A stretch of 64,000 nucleotides of DNA from Gemmatimonadota bacterium (GCA_040389905.1 JAZJZK010000015.1:64001-128000), one strand, 5' to 3'; positions 9,231 through 18,690 are shown, counted from the first letter of the stretch. Translations and numbers: made by a program. Notes: generated from the letters alone by a model not told the origin.

Positions 9231-10706
9231 TCAGGCCGACAGGCCGCCGCCGAAGAAATCTTCATTGGGACGCCGGCGCCGTCGTTCCGGCTCCGCACGG
9301 CCGTACAGGCCGGCATCGGACCGTGAAATCTTCTTGCGCGCAACGAGTGCCTCGAGCACGAGTTCACACCCTGCGACCGTCTGTTGCGCGTCCCCGACTT
9401 CTGCCAGCCCCACGTATCGGACGAGATCGATGAGGCCGGGTACGACGCCGAATGCCGCTTCCATCGCGGACGCGCGTTCGTCTTCGGTCACCTGAAGTGC
9501 GCCGCCCTCGTCGAACCAGATCACGATATCATCGGTATTGACGCCGCCGGCCCGCTCCTGGAACGTCGCATCGGCTGCGCGGCGAATGAGCTCGCGCGCG
9601 ATTGCATGCCCGCCGACGAGCTCACCCTCGTACTCCAACTCGATCTTCCCGGTGATTGCGGGCTGCGCCGCATACACGTCGGAAATGCGCGGGACGATCT
9701 CGTCTTCACCCGTGATGATCGCACGGCGCTCCGCATTGGAGACGGCGTTCTCCATCACGCTGATGGGTAGTCGCTGCGACACGCCCGACCGGCGATCGAT
9801 GCGTTTGTCCGTGCGCGCCTCGAACGCGATGCGCTCTACGACTTCCGCGATGAAATCCGGAACGCGAACCGCCTTTCCATCGCGCGCGACCCAGGACTCC
9901 TGGTCCGTAATCGCCATGCCCAGCTCGACGGTTTCCGGATAGTGCGTGATGATCTCGCTGCCGATGCGGTCCTTGAGCGGCGTGATGATCTTGCCGCGCG
10001 CGGTGTAGTCCTCTGGATTGGCGGTGAAGCACAGCTGGACGTCGAGTGCCAGGCGCACGGGATAGCCCTTGATCTGCACGTCGCCTTCCTGCATGACGTT
10101 GAACAATCCGACCTGCACCTTGCCCGCGAGATCAGGAAGCTCGTTCAGCGCGAAGATGCCGCGATTCGCGCGCGGCAGCATGCCGTAGTGAATCGTCAAC
10201 TCGTCGGACAGCACGTGTCCGCCGCGCGCGGCGCGAATGGGATCGAGGTCACCGATCATGTCCGCGATCGTGACATCCGGCGTCGCGAGCTTTTCAACGT
10301 ACCGGCTGTCTCGGCCGACCCACGCGATGGGCGTATCGTCGCCCGCCGATGCGATCAGGTTCTTCGCGTAGCGTGAAATGGGCGCGAAGGGATCGTCGTT
10401 TACTTCGCTCCCCGCCACCACCGGCATCGCCTCGTCGAGCAGCGTGACGAGCGCGCGCAAGATGCGCGACTTGGCCTGCCCGCGAAGGCCGAGGAGGATG
10501 AAGTTGTGCTTCGAGAGGAGGGCGTTGACGATCTGCGGCATGACCGTCTCTTCGTAGCCGATCACGCCCTCGAACAGCGCGTCCCCCGTCGCCAGCCGCG
10601 TGAGGAGATTCTGGCGCATTTCGTCCTTCACCGAACGCTTTGCGCGGCCCGGTGCGCCATAGGGCGAGCGTGCGAGCGCGCCGAGTGTTTCTGGGTACGA
10701 CAACAC
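9231..10706 (-). CDS. Magnesium-chelatase/MoxR-like AAA+ ATPase
   Basis: LLGLRGQAKS Walker A, RANRGIFALNELPDL Walker B, FTANPEDYT. GGAGG just upstream of the GTG start. Confidence 0.8.
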   Translation of the reverse strand: MLSYPETLGALARSPYGAPGRAKRSVKDEMRQNLLTRLATGDALFEGVIGYEETVMPQIVNALLSKHNFILLGLRGQAKSRILRALVTLLDEAMPVVAGSEVNDDPFAPISRYAKNLIASAGDDTPIAWVGRDSRYVEKLATPDVTIADMIGDLDPIRAARGGHVLSDELTIHYGMLPRANRGIFALNELPDLAGKVQVGLFNVMQEGDVQIKGYPVRLALDVQLCFTANPEDYTARGKIITPLKDRIGSEIITHYPETVELGMAITDQESWVARDGKAVRVPDFIAEVVERIAFEARTDKRIDRRSGVSQRLPISVMENAVSNAERRAIITGEDEIVPRISDVYAAQPAITGKIELEYEGELVGGHAIARELIRRAADATFQERAGGVNTDDIVIWFDEGGALQVTEDERASAMEAAFGVVPGLIDLVRYVGLAEVGDAQQTVAGCELVLEALVARKKISRSDAGLYGRAEPERRRRRPNEDFFGGGLSA

Positions 10707-10800
10707 CGCCTCCGAGTCAATTTAGTTTCTACTCGGAATCAGCTTGCGCGAACGTGGCGACGCAAGGGTTCCCTGCCGCAATCCTCAGGTTGGGCGACCG

Positions 10801-11297
10801 CCGGAACATTGAACGCGGATTGAGCGGATTGAAGCGGATCAAATCTGATCGTCCGGCGCTCGGGAGAATACAACGCGCTTGAAGGCCGGTTCGGGGCCGT
10901 AGTGGAAGATCAGGCCAACTTCAATGCGTGACGAACGGAGATAGTTCTGAAGCTGTTCTCGCGTTCCCGGGGGAATTCCGGTTCCGGCCTTGTTCTCGAG
11001 CATGACTCGATCGTCAACGAGGAAATCCGCACGGAACCGTCCTATCAACCGGCCGTGAAAATAGATGTCGAATGTCTTTTCGCGATCTACTTTGTGTCCG
11101 CGTTCCGTCAAGAGGATTTCCAAAGCCGCGGAGTAGACACTCTCGAGAAACCCGTATCCCACTTCGTTGTACACGTCAAAAAAGGCTTTGATCAGCTTGC
11201 CCGTCAACTCACGCTCGGGCAGCGCACGAGAAGCAGCCTCGAGCCGTTGATCATTGTTTTGCAGTCCCATCCGCTCAATCCGCGTTCAATGTTCCGG
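10801..11297. mobile_element. Candidate element: GxxExxY gene bounded by perfect 29-bp inverted repeats (family B)
   Basis: CCGGAACATTGAACGCGGATTGAGCGGAT at 10801-10829 and its exact reverse complement at 11269-11297. Mobility is inferred, not shown. Confidence 0.55.
10839..11270 (-). CDS. GxxExxY protein (PD-(D/E)xK nuclease-like)
   Basis: GFLESVY motif, FRADFLVDDRVMLENKA (D...ExK), QLQNYLR, 143 aa. Confidence 0.9.
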   Translation of the reverse strand: MGLQNNDQRLEAASRALPERELTGKLIKAFFDVYNEVGYGFLESVYSAALEILLTERGHKVDREKTFDIYFHGRLIGRFRADFLVDDRVMLENKAGTGIPPGTREQLQNYLRSSRIEVGLIFHYGPEPAFKRVVFSRAPDDQI

Positions 11298-11376
11298 TGC
11301 AACAACCCGTCCGAACAATGAGCAGATGCCGCACCAAGAGCGTCACCAAATCACCGCAACGCGAACCAAAAGAACG

Positions 11377-13482
11377 CTACGCTGCCTCGATCTCCACCTG
11401 ATTGTCGTAGAACACTGGACCGTTGCCGAGGTCGGTCACCAACTGCGACGTCGTCTGATTCGCATTCGCGCCGTCCGTCGCAAGCTTGGCCCACCAGATC
11501 GACGGCGCCCACACCACGCCCTCGCGAATCGTCGACTCCACGCGGGCCTTCGCGAGAAACGCCCCGCGATCGTTATGCACCGTCACCATCATGCCCGGTG
11601 CGATCGCTCGGCGCTCCGCGTCAGCGGGGTGGAGCAGCACTTCAGGCTCCTTCGCCTGGCGTCGCAACGACGTGATGTTCACGAACGTCGTGTTGAGGAA
11701 CGTGTGCGCCGGCGACGAAATAAGTGTGAGCGGAAAGCGTGCGACGAGCGCAGGATCACGTTCCACCGACTCGTACGGCGGGGTGAAGTCGGGAAGGGGA
11801 TCGAGGCCCAACTCCGCCATGCGCGCGGAATAGAACTCACACTTGCCGCTCGGCGTCGAGAATCCGCCATTCTCGTATGGCAGGTACGGCGTCGGAACAT
11901 TCAGCCGCATCCAGCCGCGTTCGAGCAACGCGTCGAGCGTCACGCCCTGAATCTTCGGCGACTGTGATGCCAGCGCCTGACGAATGAGGGTGAGATCATC
12001 ATCCTGCATGATCGGATCGGTCATACCCATGCGCGCCGCGATCAGACGGAAGATTTCGCTGTTCGGCTTCGCCTCGCCGATCGGATCGATCGACGGCCGG
12101 TTGAGTGTGACGTAATGATGCCCGTACGCGAGATGAAGATCCCAATGCTCGAGTTGCGTCGTTGCCGGAAGCACGATGTCAGCCCAGTCGGCGGTATCCG
12201 TCTGGAAGTGTTCAAGTACCACGGTAAAGAGGTCCTCCCGGGCCAGGCCCTGGAGCACCGCGTTGCGGTCGGGCGCAACGGACGCCGGGTTGCTGTTGTA
12301 CACGACGAGCGCCTTCACCGGTGGCCCGCCAACGCCGGCATCATCGCGCGTGAGCGCGTCGCCCAGGCGAATCATGTTGATCGTGCGGGCCGGCGGACCG
12401 AGATCCGGACGCTCGAGCGCGGCTTTGTCGAAGGCGAAATTCGCAGACGTCGAGAGCTGCACGCCGCCGCCAGGACGCCGCCAATGGCCAGCGATTGCTG
12501 GGAGACATGCGATCGTGCGAACGGCCATGCCACCACCCGCATGTCGCTGCAGGCCATAGTTCACACGAATGAACGCGGCGCGCGCACGGCCGAATCGCTC
12601 GCCGAGCGAAACGATGGTTTCTTCCATCAAACCTGTCGCAGCGGCCGCGCGCGCTGGTGTCCATTCGGACACTCGTTCCCGAAGCGCCTCGTGTCCCAGC
12701 GTGTGCCGCTCGAGGTAATCGGTGTCTTCGAGCCCCCGAGCGAAAATGACATGCATCATGCCGAGCGCCAGCGCCGCATCAGCGCCGGGCCGGATTGGAA
12801 TCCACTCGTCGCACTGTTGGGCCGTGCGCGTCTGGATCGGGTCGATGCAGATGATGCGCGCCCCGCGCTCACGGGCGGTGAGAATGAACGGCCAGAGATG
12901 CGGATTCGCCGTGAGGGTGTTCGTGCCCCACAGCAACACGAGATCGCTCTCCGGGATGCCTTCCCCATCGGCACCGATATTCGCGCCGACCGTCATCCGC
13001 ATGCCGACGGTGCCCGCCATCGAACAGATCGTGCGGTCGAGGCGCGATGCGCCGAGCGCGTGAAAGAACCGGCGGTCGATCGAGGATCCTTGCACGGACC
13101 CCATCGTGCCGGCGTACGAATACGGGAGAATTGCCTGTGGGCCGTGCTCCGACTGCGCGATATCGCCGAGCCGCGTCGCGATCTCGCCGATGGCAGCATC
13201 CCATGAGATCGGTTCGAACCGTCCGCTGCCCTTCGGGCCAACTCGGCGAAGCGGTGTACGGAGCCGGTCGTCGTGATACGTCCGTTCGACGTATCGATTC
13301 ACTTTGGCGCACAGAAATCCGCTCGTGACGGGATGGTCAGGATCGCCGGCAACACGAATTGCGCGGCCGTTTTCGACCGTTACCAGCATCGCGCAGGTAT
13401 CGGGACAATCGTGTGGGCATGCGCCGCGGACGACTCCGTTGCGAACTATCTGCGAATCGGACAAAGTTTTTTCGTGTGACAT
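11377..13482 (-). CDS. Molybdopterin-dependent oxidoreductase (DMSO reductase superfamily)
   Basis: CPHDCPDTC...GFLCAKV Fe-S motif, ADIVLPATTQLE, C-terminal molybdopterin dinucleotide-binding domain (LHPADAERR). Confidence 0.9.
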   Translation of the reverse strand: MSHEKTLSDSQIVRNGVVRGACPHDCPDTCAMLVTVENGRAIRVAGDPDHPVTSGFLCAKVNRYVERTYHDDRLRTPLRRVGPKGSGRFEPISWDAAIGEIATRLGDIAQSEHGPQAILPYSYAGTMGSVQGSSIDRRFFHALGASRLDRTICSMAGTVGMRMTVGANIGADGEGIPESDLVLLWGTNTLTANPHLWPFILTARERGARIICIDPIQTRTAQQCDEWIPIRPGADAALALGMMHVIFARGLEDTDYLERHTLGHEALRERVSEWTPARAAAATGLMEETIVSLGERFGRARAAFIRVNYGLQRHAGGGMAVRTIACLPAIAGHWRRPGGGVQLSTSANFAFDKAALERPDLGPPARTINMIRLGDALTRDDAGVGGPPVKALVVYNSNPASVAPDRNAVLQGLAREDLFTVVLEHFQTDTADWADIVLPATTQLEHWDLHLAYGHHYVTLNRPSIDPIGEAKPNSEIFRLIAARMGMTDPIMQDDDLTLIRQALASQSPKIQGVTLDALLERGWMRLNVPTPYLPYENGGFSTPSGKCEFYSARMAELGLDPLPDFTPPYESVERDPALVARFPLTLISSPAHTFLNTTFVNITSLRRQAKEPEVLLHPADAERRAIAPGMMVTVHNDRGAFLAKARVESTIREGVVWAPSIWWAKLATDGANANQTTSQLVTDLGNGPVFYDNQVEIEAA

Positions 13483-13717
13483 CGGCGGGGGCAAAGGTCG
13501 GGCGCCAAGGTAGCACGCAGGCGACGTGGATTCCAAGCGGTGCCGCCGCCCCTTGCAGCGACTCTGCCTAAGTACCGCGGTAGTAACGACTTACAAAATG
13601 CAGTGACGGAGGTCACGAAATTGTCTCGCCGCGGGACAATCGCACTATCGGGGAAAGCCTGACATCACAGTGACAAAGCTGTTGCCGCACTTCTACTTGG
13701 CTCGCATGAATCCGCTC

Positions 13718-13745
13718 TTGACATGGCGCCCTGAAAATCTAAGTT
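13718..13745 (+). promoter_or_regulatory. Putative sigma-70 promoter for the small lipoprotein
   Basis: TTGACA-N16-TAAGTT. AGGAG ribosome-binding site precedes the ATG at 13824. Confidence 0.45.
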
Positions 13746-13823
13746 TCCCGTCGCTGAAGCCGGGCACCGAGAACGTGCGCGGACCAACGCGTCATTCAAC
13801 CAAGACCTAATCAGGAGATTTAC

Positions 13824-14066
13824 ATGAAGCGCCTGGCCCTTGTCGCAGTCGTGCTCGTTGCCGCCTGCAGTGCGAAAGAAGAAGCGAAGACCGATACCGC
13901 AGCGCCCGCAATGGCGCCGGCACCTGTTGTCACGGACACCGCCGCCAAGACGGATACCGCGATGGCTGGCATGAAGATGGATACCGCCAAGGCGAAGCTC
14001 GACACGGCGGCGAAGAAGGTTGAAGAGGCCAAGGCCGCAGTGAAGGGCGCCGCGAAGAAGCCGTAA
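13824..14066 (+). CDS. Small Ala/Lys-rich lipoprotein
   Basis: Signal peptide with lipobox LVAAC, good RBS, repeated K-x-DTA motif. Confidence 0.85.
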   Translation: MKRLALVAVVLVAACSAKEEAKTDTAAPAMAPAPVVTDTAAKTDTAMAGMKMDTAKAKLDTAAKKVEEAKAAVKGAAKKP

Positions 14067-14090
14067 TCTTCGCAGTCGCTTCACGTTGGC

Positions 14091-14126
14091 ACGGGGCGCC
14101 GCACTCGAAAGAGTGTGGCGCCCCGT
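14091..14126. terminator. Strong hairpin between convergent genes (likely terminator)
   Basis: 16-bp stem with one G-U pair and a GAAA loop: ACGGGGCGCCGCACTC-GAAA-GAGTGTGGCGCCCCGT. Confidence 0.7.
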
Positions 14127-14135
14127 TCATCGTTG

Positions 14136-15131
14136 CTACCGGTGCTCCGCCCACCAGCGAAAAGCGTCGGTCACGCCTTGCTCGGGACGCATCGGTGGAT
14201 CCCATCCCAACTCTCGCTTCGCGCGCGCCGACGTGAACGGATTGTCGCGCGTGAGAAAATCGATCGCCGAGAAGGACACGGCCTTGATGCGGCTTCCAAG
14301 CAACGGCGCGAGGGTCTTGTAGGTCTTCTCGATGCCCTTCGCCAGCGCGAGCGGAATCGGCAGCCGCCGCAGCGAAATGTTCATCCCGACGGCGGCATAC
14401 CCGAAGAACTCGTTGACGGTGACGTCGTAATCATTCGTGAGATTGTACGCCCGCCCGCCGGCCGAGTCCGTGCGCGCGGCCCGTACCATGCCGTCGACGA
14501 CATTCTCGGCATGTACCACGGCAAGTGTCGAACGGCCGCCGCCGATGATCGGCGCCACCTTGCCGAGCAACAACGCGATGCGCGGCACGAACTGCCGGTC
14601 GTGTCGGCCGTAGATCACATCGGGGCGCAGCGCCGTAGCCCAGATCCGGCCAGCCGCGTGTGCATCGAGAACGAGCTGTTCCGATTCACGCTTCGATCGC
14701 GCGTAGTAGTTCGTTTCCGCCAGCGGTGCGAGTTCCGTGTCCTCACTCGTCTTGCCGTCCGTCCGGTATCGCGTTGCACTGCCATAGACGGCGACGCTGC
14801 TGACATGCACAAGGCGCGCAGCGGCCCGCTCAGTGGCCGCGATGATATTGCGCGTGCCGTCGACGTTCGGGGCCCTGAATGCCTCCCAGCCACCAGAGGG
14901 GGTCACTGCAGCCGCCGTATGAAAGATCACGTCGCAGCCAAGCGCGGCGCGGGCGAGACTCGCGGCATCGAGGACGTTGCCAACCGCGAGCTCGACGCCG
15001 GCGTTGCTCAACTCCTGCGCGCGCGAGGCATCGCGAACCAGCGCGCGCACGGTCCAGCCGTCGCGCCGCAGGCGCTCGACCGTGTACGACCCGACTTGCC
15101 CTGTTGCACCGGTGACAAGCGCTGTTCGCAT
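14136..15131 (-). CDS. NAD-dependent epimerase/dehydratase (extended SDR)
   Basis: TGATGQVG, HVSSVAVYG, YARSK. Confidence 0.9.
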   Translation of the reverse strand: MRTALVTGATGQVGSYTVERLRRDGWTVRALVRDASRAQELSNAGVELAVGNVLDAASLARAALGCDVIFHTAAAVTPSGGWEAFRAPNVDGTRNIIAATERAAARLVHVSSVAVYGSATRYRTDGKTSEDTELAPLAETNYYARSKRESEQLVLDAHAAGRIWATALRPDVIYGRHDRQFVPRIALLLGKVAPIIGGGRSTLAVVHAENVVDGMVRAARTDSAGGRAYNLTNDYDVTVNEFFGYAAVGMNISLRRLPIPLALAKGIEKTYKTLAPLLGSRIKAVSFSAIDFLTRDNPFTSARAKRELGWDPPMRPEQGVTDAFRWWAEHR

Positions 15132-15186
15132 GATCCGTCTGCTGGAGGAATCGATTCAGGCCCCGAAACCGCGAATGCGGCGGGAT

Positions 15187-15390
15187 ACCGCGGGAACATT
15201 GAACGCGGATTGAGCGGATTGAAGCGAATCAAATCGGAACATCAAAACGGCTTCTTGCATTGGGCCGCTCTTCAACTGAATGAACGCGGATTGAGCGGAT
15301 GGAGCGGATCACATCTGATGAAAACTAGACTGAATCTCTAATCCGATCTTATCCGCTCAATCCGCTCCATCCGCGTTCAATGTGCCGGCG
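15187..15390. repeat. Family B gene-less element (two left arms and one right arm)
   Basis: 15187-15238 matches 10797-10848 at 49/52 nt. Second left arm at 15281-15309. Inverted arm at 15351-15390. Confidence 0.9.
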
Positions 15391-15439
15391 CAATGGTCGC
15401 AGCAACGTAGAGCGTGAACCTCACACGCTGCACCACTAT

Positions 15440-16534
15440 TCAGGTCACTTCGAACGGCAACTGCGACACGCGAACCACCAACTCGTTGAATGGCGGCGCG
15501 TCCGGATCGGTGGGCGTCCACCGCGCTGTGAGCTCGGCACCTGCGGCGACCTCTCGCCGAATCATCGCCAGCGCAATGCCGCCGATGCGCGGCGAGCGGA
15601 CGGATGACCGCACATCGCCGACTGCCAGTCCATCCGCTCCATGCAGTGTCGCGCCATAGGGTGGAGCGTCGAGCACGCCTTCCGCGGCCGTGATGCCGCG
15701 AAGGTGCTTGTTGACGTGTCCGCGGAAATGAACGCGTGCCACGGTTTCCTGCCCCACGTAACAGCCTTTCGTGTACGAAATGGCGTGCAACTCGTCGAAG
15801 TTCGCCTCCTGGGGGATGGTGTTGTCATCCATGTCGAGTCCCCACTCTGGCCGACCGCTCTCGACGCGTGCAATCTCCCACGCCTCGAGCCCTGCCGGCG
15901 CTGCGCCCGCCGCCGTCGCGCGCGACCACAGGTCGCTGAACAGCTCGGTGGGGGCAATCAGCTCGTATCCTTCGATGCCAAGGTCCGCCGACCGCAGTAC
16001 GAGCAGCGTGTGGGTGGACATCGCGATCGTTACGTGTGCGTATGGCGCGAGCCCCGCCAAGGACGGCGACGGTATTCCCGTGAGCTCCGAGACGACGTGC
16101 CGCGCATTCGGGCCGAAGACACCGAGATTCCTGAGCGCGGCACTTTCATCGACGTGCGCAGCGATGCGAGGATTCACGAACTTCTTCACCATCGCGGCCC
16201 ACGCCGCGGCCGCGCGCGGCGGTGCGTCGACGAGCACACTCCCTTCCTCGACGAAGACCCGCACATCGGCAATGATCTTTCCCTTCGCGGTGAGCGCCGC
16301 CGCGTAGCAGCCCTGACCCGGTGTGAGCCCCGAGACGTCATTCGTCACGAGACCCGCGACCATTTCGGCGGCACGTTCACCCTTCAGGCGAATGCGTCCA
16401 CGAAGACTTCGATCGAATAGCGCGGACCGTGTGCGAAGCGCCTCGTACTCCGCGGCAACGCTGCCGTACGCGAGCACCACGCTACGTCCACCGACGTCAC
16501 CGAGTGTCGTACTCGGTAGCTGGATTGCGTTCAT
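15440..16534 (-). CDS. ygfZ: Folate-binding YgfZ/GcvT-family protein
   Basis: KGCYVGQE signature and GcvT-like N-terminus. Confidence 0.85.
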   Translation of the reverse strand: MNAIQLPSTTLGDVGGRSVVLAYGSVAAEYEALRTRSALFDRSLRGRIRLKGERAAEMVAGLVTNDVSGLTPGQGCYAAALTAKGKIIADVRVFVEEGSVLVDAPPRAAAAWAAMVKKFVNPRIAAHVDESAALRNLGVFGPNARHVVSELTGIPSPSLAGLAPYAHVTIAMSTHTLLVLRSADLGIEGYELIAPTELFSDLWSRATAAGAAPAGLEAWEIARVESGRPEWGLDMDDNTIPQEANFDELHAISYTKGCYVGQETVARVHFRGHVNKHLRGITAAEGVLDAPPYGATLHGADGLAVGDVRSSVRSPRIGGIALAMIRREVAAGAELTARWTPTDPDAPPFNELVVRVSQLPFEVT

Positions 16535-17217
16535 GATCGTTTGTCCGGTGCGGCGAGGCCGGACAGTCGCGCGACATCTGCGAGCGTCAATCCATCCAGC
16601 GAATCGGCCGCGCCGTCGGCGTCGATCGCAACATGTGCCGGCGTCCCGATCGCAACGGCACGCATGCCCGCGGCGCGCGCGGCACGCACTGCAGAGGAGG
16701 AAGCAACCAGCGCGACGACACGCTCGCGGTGGAGTGGTCGCACGCGCGCGAGATGCTCGATCGCAAGCTCGAACCCGCCCGCGGACGGAGCCTCATCGTG
16801 CGTGTCATCCGAACTCACGACCGTCGAGACAGCCGAATCGATTCCGGCGAGGCGGAGTGCGAACTCGGTTTCGGATCGTGTCGCCGAGGTCACAACCGCG
16901 ACTCGGGAACCGGCCTGTGCGCGTTCAACGAATTTTGTCGCACCCGGTGCGAGCGTGAACCCCTTGCCGATGCGCTCGGCGAAGGCGCGCGTTGCGCGAA
17001 GGGCGATGAGGTCGGCCAGTGAAGGATCGACGCGGCCAAGATGCGCGAGCACCGCCGTTGCCCCCGCAGTTGCCGTCTTACCGGCGCAGTGCTCGGCGTA
17101 CGAGTATGCGTCGAGCTGAATACCCTCTTCGCTCAGCGCACGCAGCATGGCATCTCGGCGGGCACCGGCTGTATCAGCCAGGACCTCCTCCCACTCGATC
17201 AGCACCGCATCTATCAT
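16531..17217 (-). CDS. HAD-superfamily-like protein with degenerate catalytic motifs
   Basis: HAD-type layout (VAVVTS, AARAAGMRAVAI) but motif I reads IEWEEVLADT. Confidence 0.7.
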   Translation of the reverse strand: MIDAVLIEWEEVLADTAGARRDAMLRALSEEGIQLDAYSYAEHCAGKTATAGATAVLAHLGRVDPSLADLIALRATRAFAERIGKGFTLAPGATKFVERAQAGSRVAVVTSATRSETEFALRLAGIDSAVSTVVSSDDTHDEAPSAGGFELAIEHLARVRPLHRERVVALVASSSAVRAARAAGMRAVAIGTPAHVAIDADGAADSLDGLTLADVARLSGLAAPDKRS

Positions 17218-17250
17218 GCTGGGTAAGTAAATGGCGGGCGGGGTGAAGCG

Positions 17251-18534
17251 CTACGGTCGCTCGCGCGCCGCATAGGACGCATCGAGGAGATCGACCGGGT
17301 GAATCGCACGCGCCGGGATCCGTGCCTGGTGCATTCCCGCGCCAATCTGCATGAGGCAACCGGGATTTCCCGTCGTGACGAGCGATGCGTGGGTTGCCCG
17401 GATGTTCTCGAGCTTTGGTTCGAGCACGCGATTACTCGTGTCTGGCTCGACGAGATTATAGATACCCGCGCTGCCGCAGCAGTGTTCGCTTCCTTCTAAC
17501 GGAACGAGCGTCAAGCCTGGAATCGCAGCGAGAACCCGCAGCGGTGGTGCGGAGATTCGTTGCGCGTGCAGCAGATGACATGGCGCGTCGTAGGTGACCG
17601 TCACGGGTAAATCGCCGCCGGGCCGCGGGCCGGCCTCCGCCAACAATTCGGAAATGTCGCGGACGCGCGACGAGAGTGCCCGCGCGCGATCACGCCACAC
17701 AGGGTCGTCGGCGAGCAGTTGCCCGTATTCCTTCATCATCGAACCGCAGCCCGACGCGTTCACGGCAATGAAGTCCGTCGCCGAGCGCTCGAATGCGGCG
17801 ATGTTGAGGCGGGCGAGGCGTCGCGCCGTATCGGCATCGCCCGCATGCGCATGCAGCGCTCCACAACACTGCTGCGCCTCGGTGGCAACGAGCGTGTAAT
17901 CGTTCGTCGCGAGTGTTCGCTCGGTGGCGCGATTGGTCTCCGCGAACAACCCTTCCATCACGCAGCCCGTCAGGACGGAAACGCTGCCGCGAGAACCGTC
18001 CGATTGCGGCCGGTAGCTGCCGCGCGTCAACGGAGTCCGCGTCGATTCGAGCATCGCCATGGCAAAACCGAGTCGTCCAGGGAGCTTCGACAGGAGGGCG
18101 GAGAGCCGCAGCGCGCGCGTAATACGCCCGCCAAGCATGGCCAACCTGGTCAGCGTCTTGTTCCCGAACGCAAAGAGGATGAGGCGCGCGACGGGCGGGT
18201 TGGGACGTTCGCGCGTTAGCGTCTCGCGCGTGACTTCGAGCAGATGGCCGTACGGAACGCCTGACGGACACGCGGTCTCGCACGCTCGGCACCCAAGGCA
18301 GCGATCGATGTGTGTGCGCACGTCGGCGTCGGTCGTCGCCAGTGTGCCATCCACGAGCGCCCGCATGAGGACCAACCGGCCACGCGGGCTATCGTTCTCG
18401 TCGTCGAGCGCGAGGTATGTGGGGCACGCCTGTAAGCAGAAGCCGCAATGCACGCACGCATCGAGCCCCGCGCTCGCTTTGCCGAGTGGCGTATCGGGAA
18501 TCGCACAGGTTACGGGACGAACGTCAGCGGTCAT
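17251..18534 (-). CDS. glcF: Glycolate oxidase iron-sulfur subunit
   Basis: Two 4Fe-4S motifs (CVHCGFCLQACP, CLGCRACETACP) and two CCG domains. Lies downstream of glcDE. Confidence 0.9.
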   Translation of the reverse strand: MTADVRPVTCAIPDTPLGKASAGLDACVHCGFCLQACPTYLALDDENDSPRGRLVLMRALVDGTLATTDADVRTHIDRCLGCRACETACPSGVPYGHLLEVTRETLTRERPNPPVARLILFAFGNKTLTRLAMLGGRITRALRLSALLSKLPGRLGFAMAMLESTRTPLTRGSYRPQSDGSRGSVSVLTGCVMEGLFAETNRATERTLATNDYTLVATEAQQCCGALHAHAGDADTARRLARLNIAAFERSATDFIAVNASGCGSMMKEYGQLLADDPVWRDRARALSSRVRDISELLAEAGPRPGGDLPVTVTYDAPCHLLHAQRISAPPLRVLAAIPGLTLVPLEGSEHCCGSAGIYNLVEPDTSNRVLEPKLENIRATHASLVTTGNPGCLMQIGAGMHQARIPARAIHPVDLLDASYAARERP

Positions 18535-18580
18535 TCAGTATTCCAAGGTGGAATCAATGAACTGCAACTGCAAAGCCTTG

Positions 18581-18650
18581 AACGCAGAGGTCGCAGAGGA
18601 CTACGGAACAGCAACAACACATGAACCACAGAGGACACAGAGGACTGCGT
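18581..18650. repeat. Family A left arms in the glcE-glcF spacer
   Basis: AACGCAGAGGTCGCAGAGGA, then CAACAACACATGAACCACAGAGGACACAGAGGACTGCGT, which matches the 7956 locus with one 9-bp unit fewer. Confidence 0.85.
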
Positions 18651-18690
18651 GTGTCGTTTTCCAACCGCCATTTTCTTCGCCATCGTCGAC

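Noticed and set aside
10130..10500. Non-canonical Walker motifs (GQAKS, LNE) in the AAA ATPase as decay
   Set aside because: These look like subfamily traits and the ORF is otherwise intact.
10790..11310. Classical IS element with target-site duplication
   Set aside because: There is no DDE or HUH transposase and no duplicated flanks (GACCG on the left, TGCAA on the right). Kept only as a candidate non-classical element.
13540..13700. Molybdenum-cofactor riboswitch for the molybdopterin oxidoreductase
   Set aside because: The hairpins favour the opposite strand and I could not match the motif by eye.
14101..14113. Shared CTCGAAAGAG core in the hairpins at 14091 and 29933 as a fourth repeat family
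   Set aside because: Only the GAAA tetraloop core is shared and the stems differ, which fits ordinary terminators.
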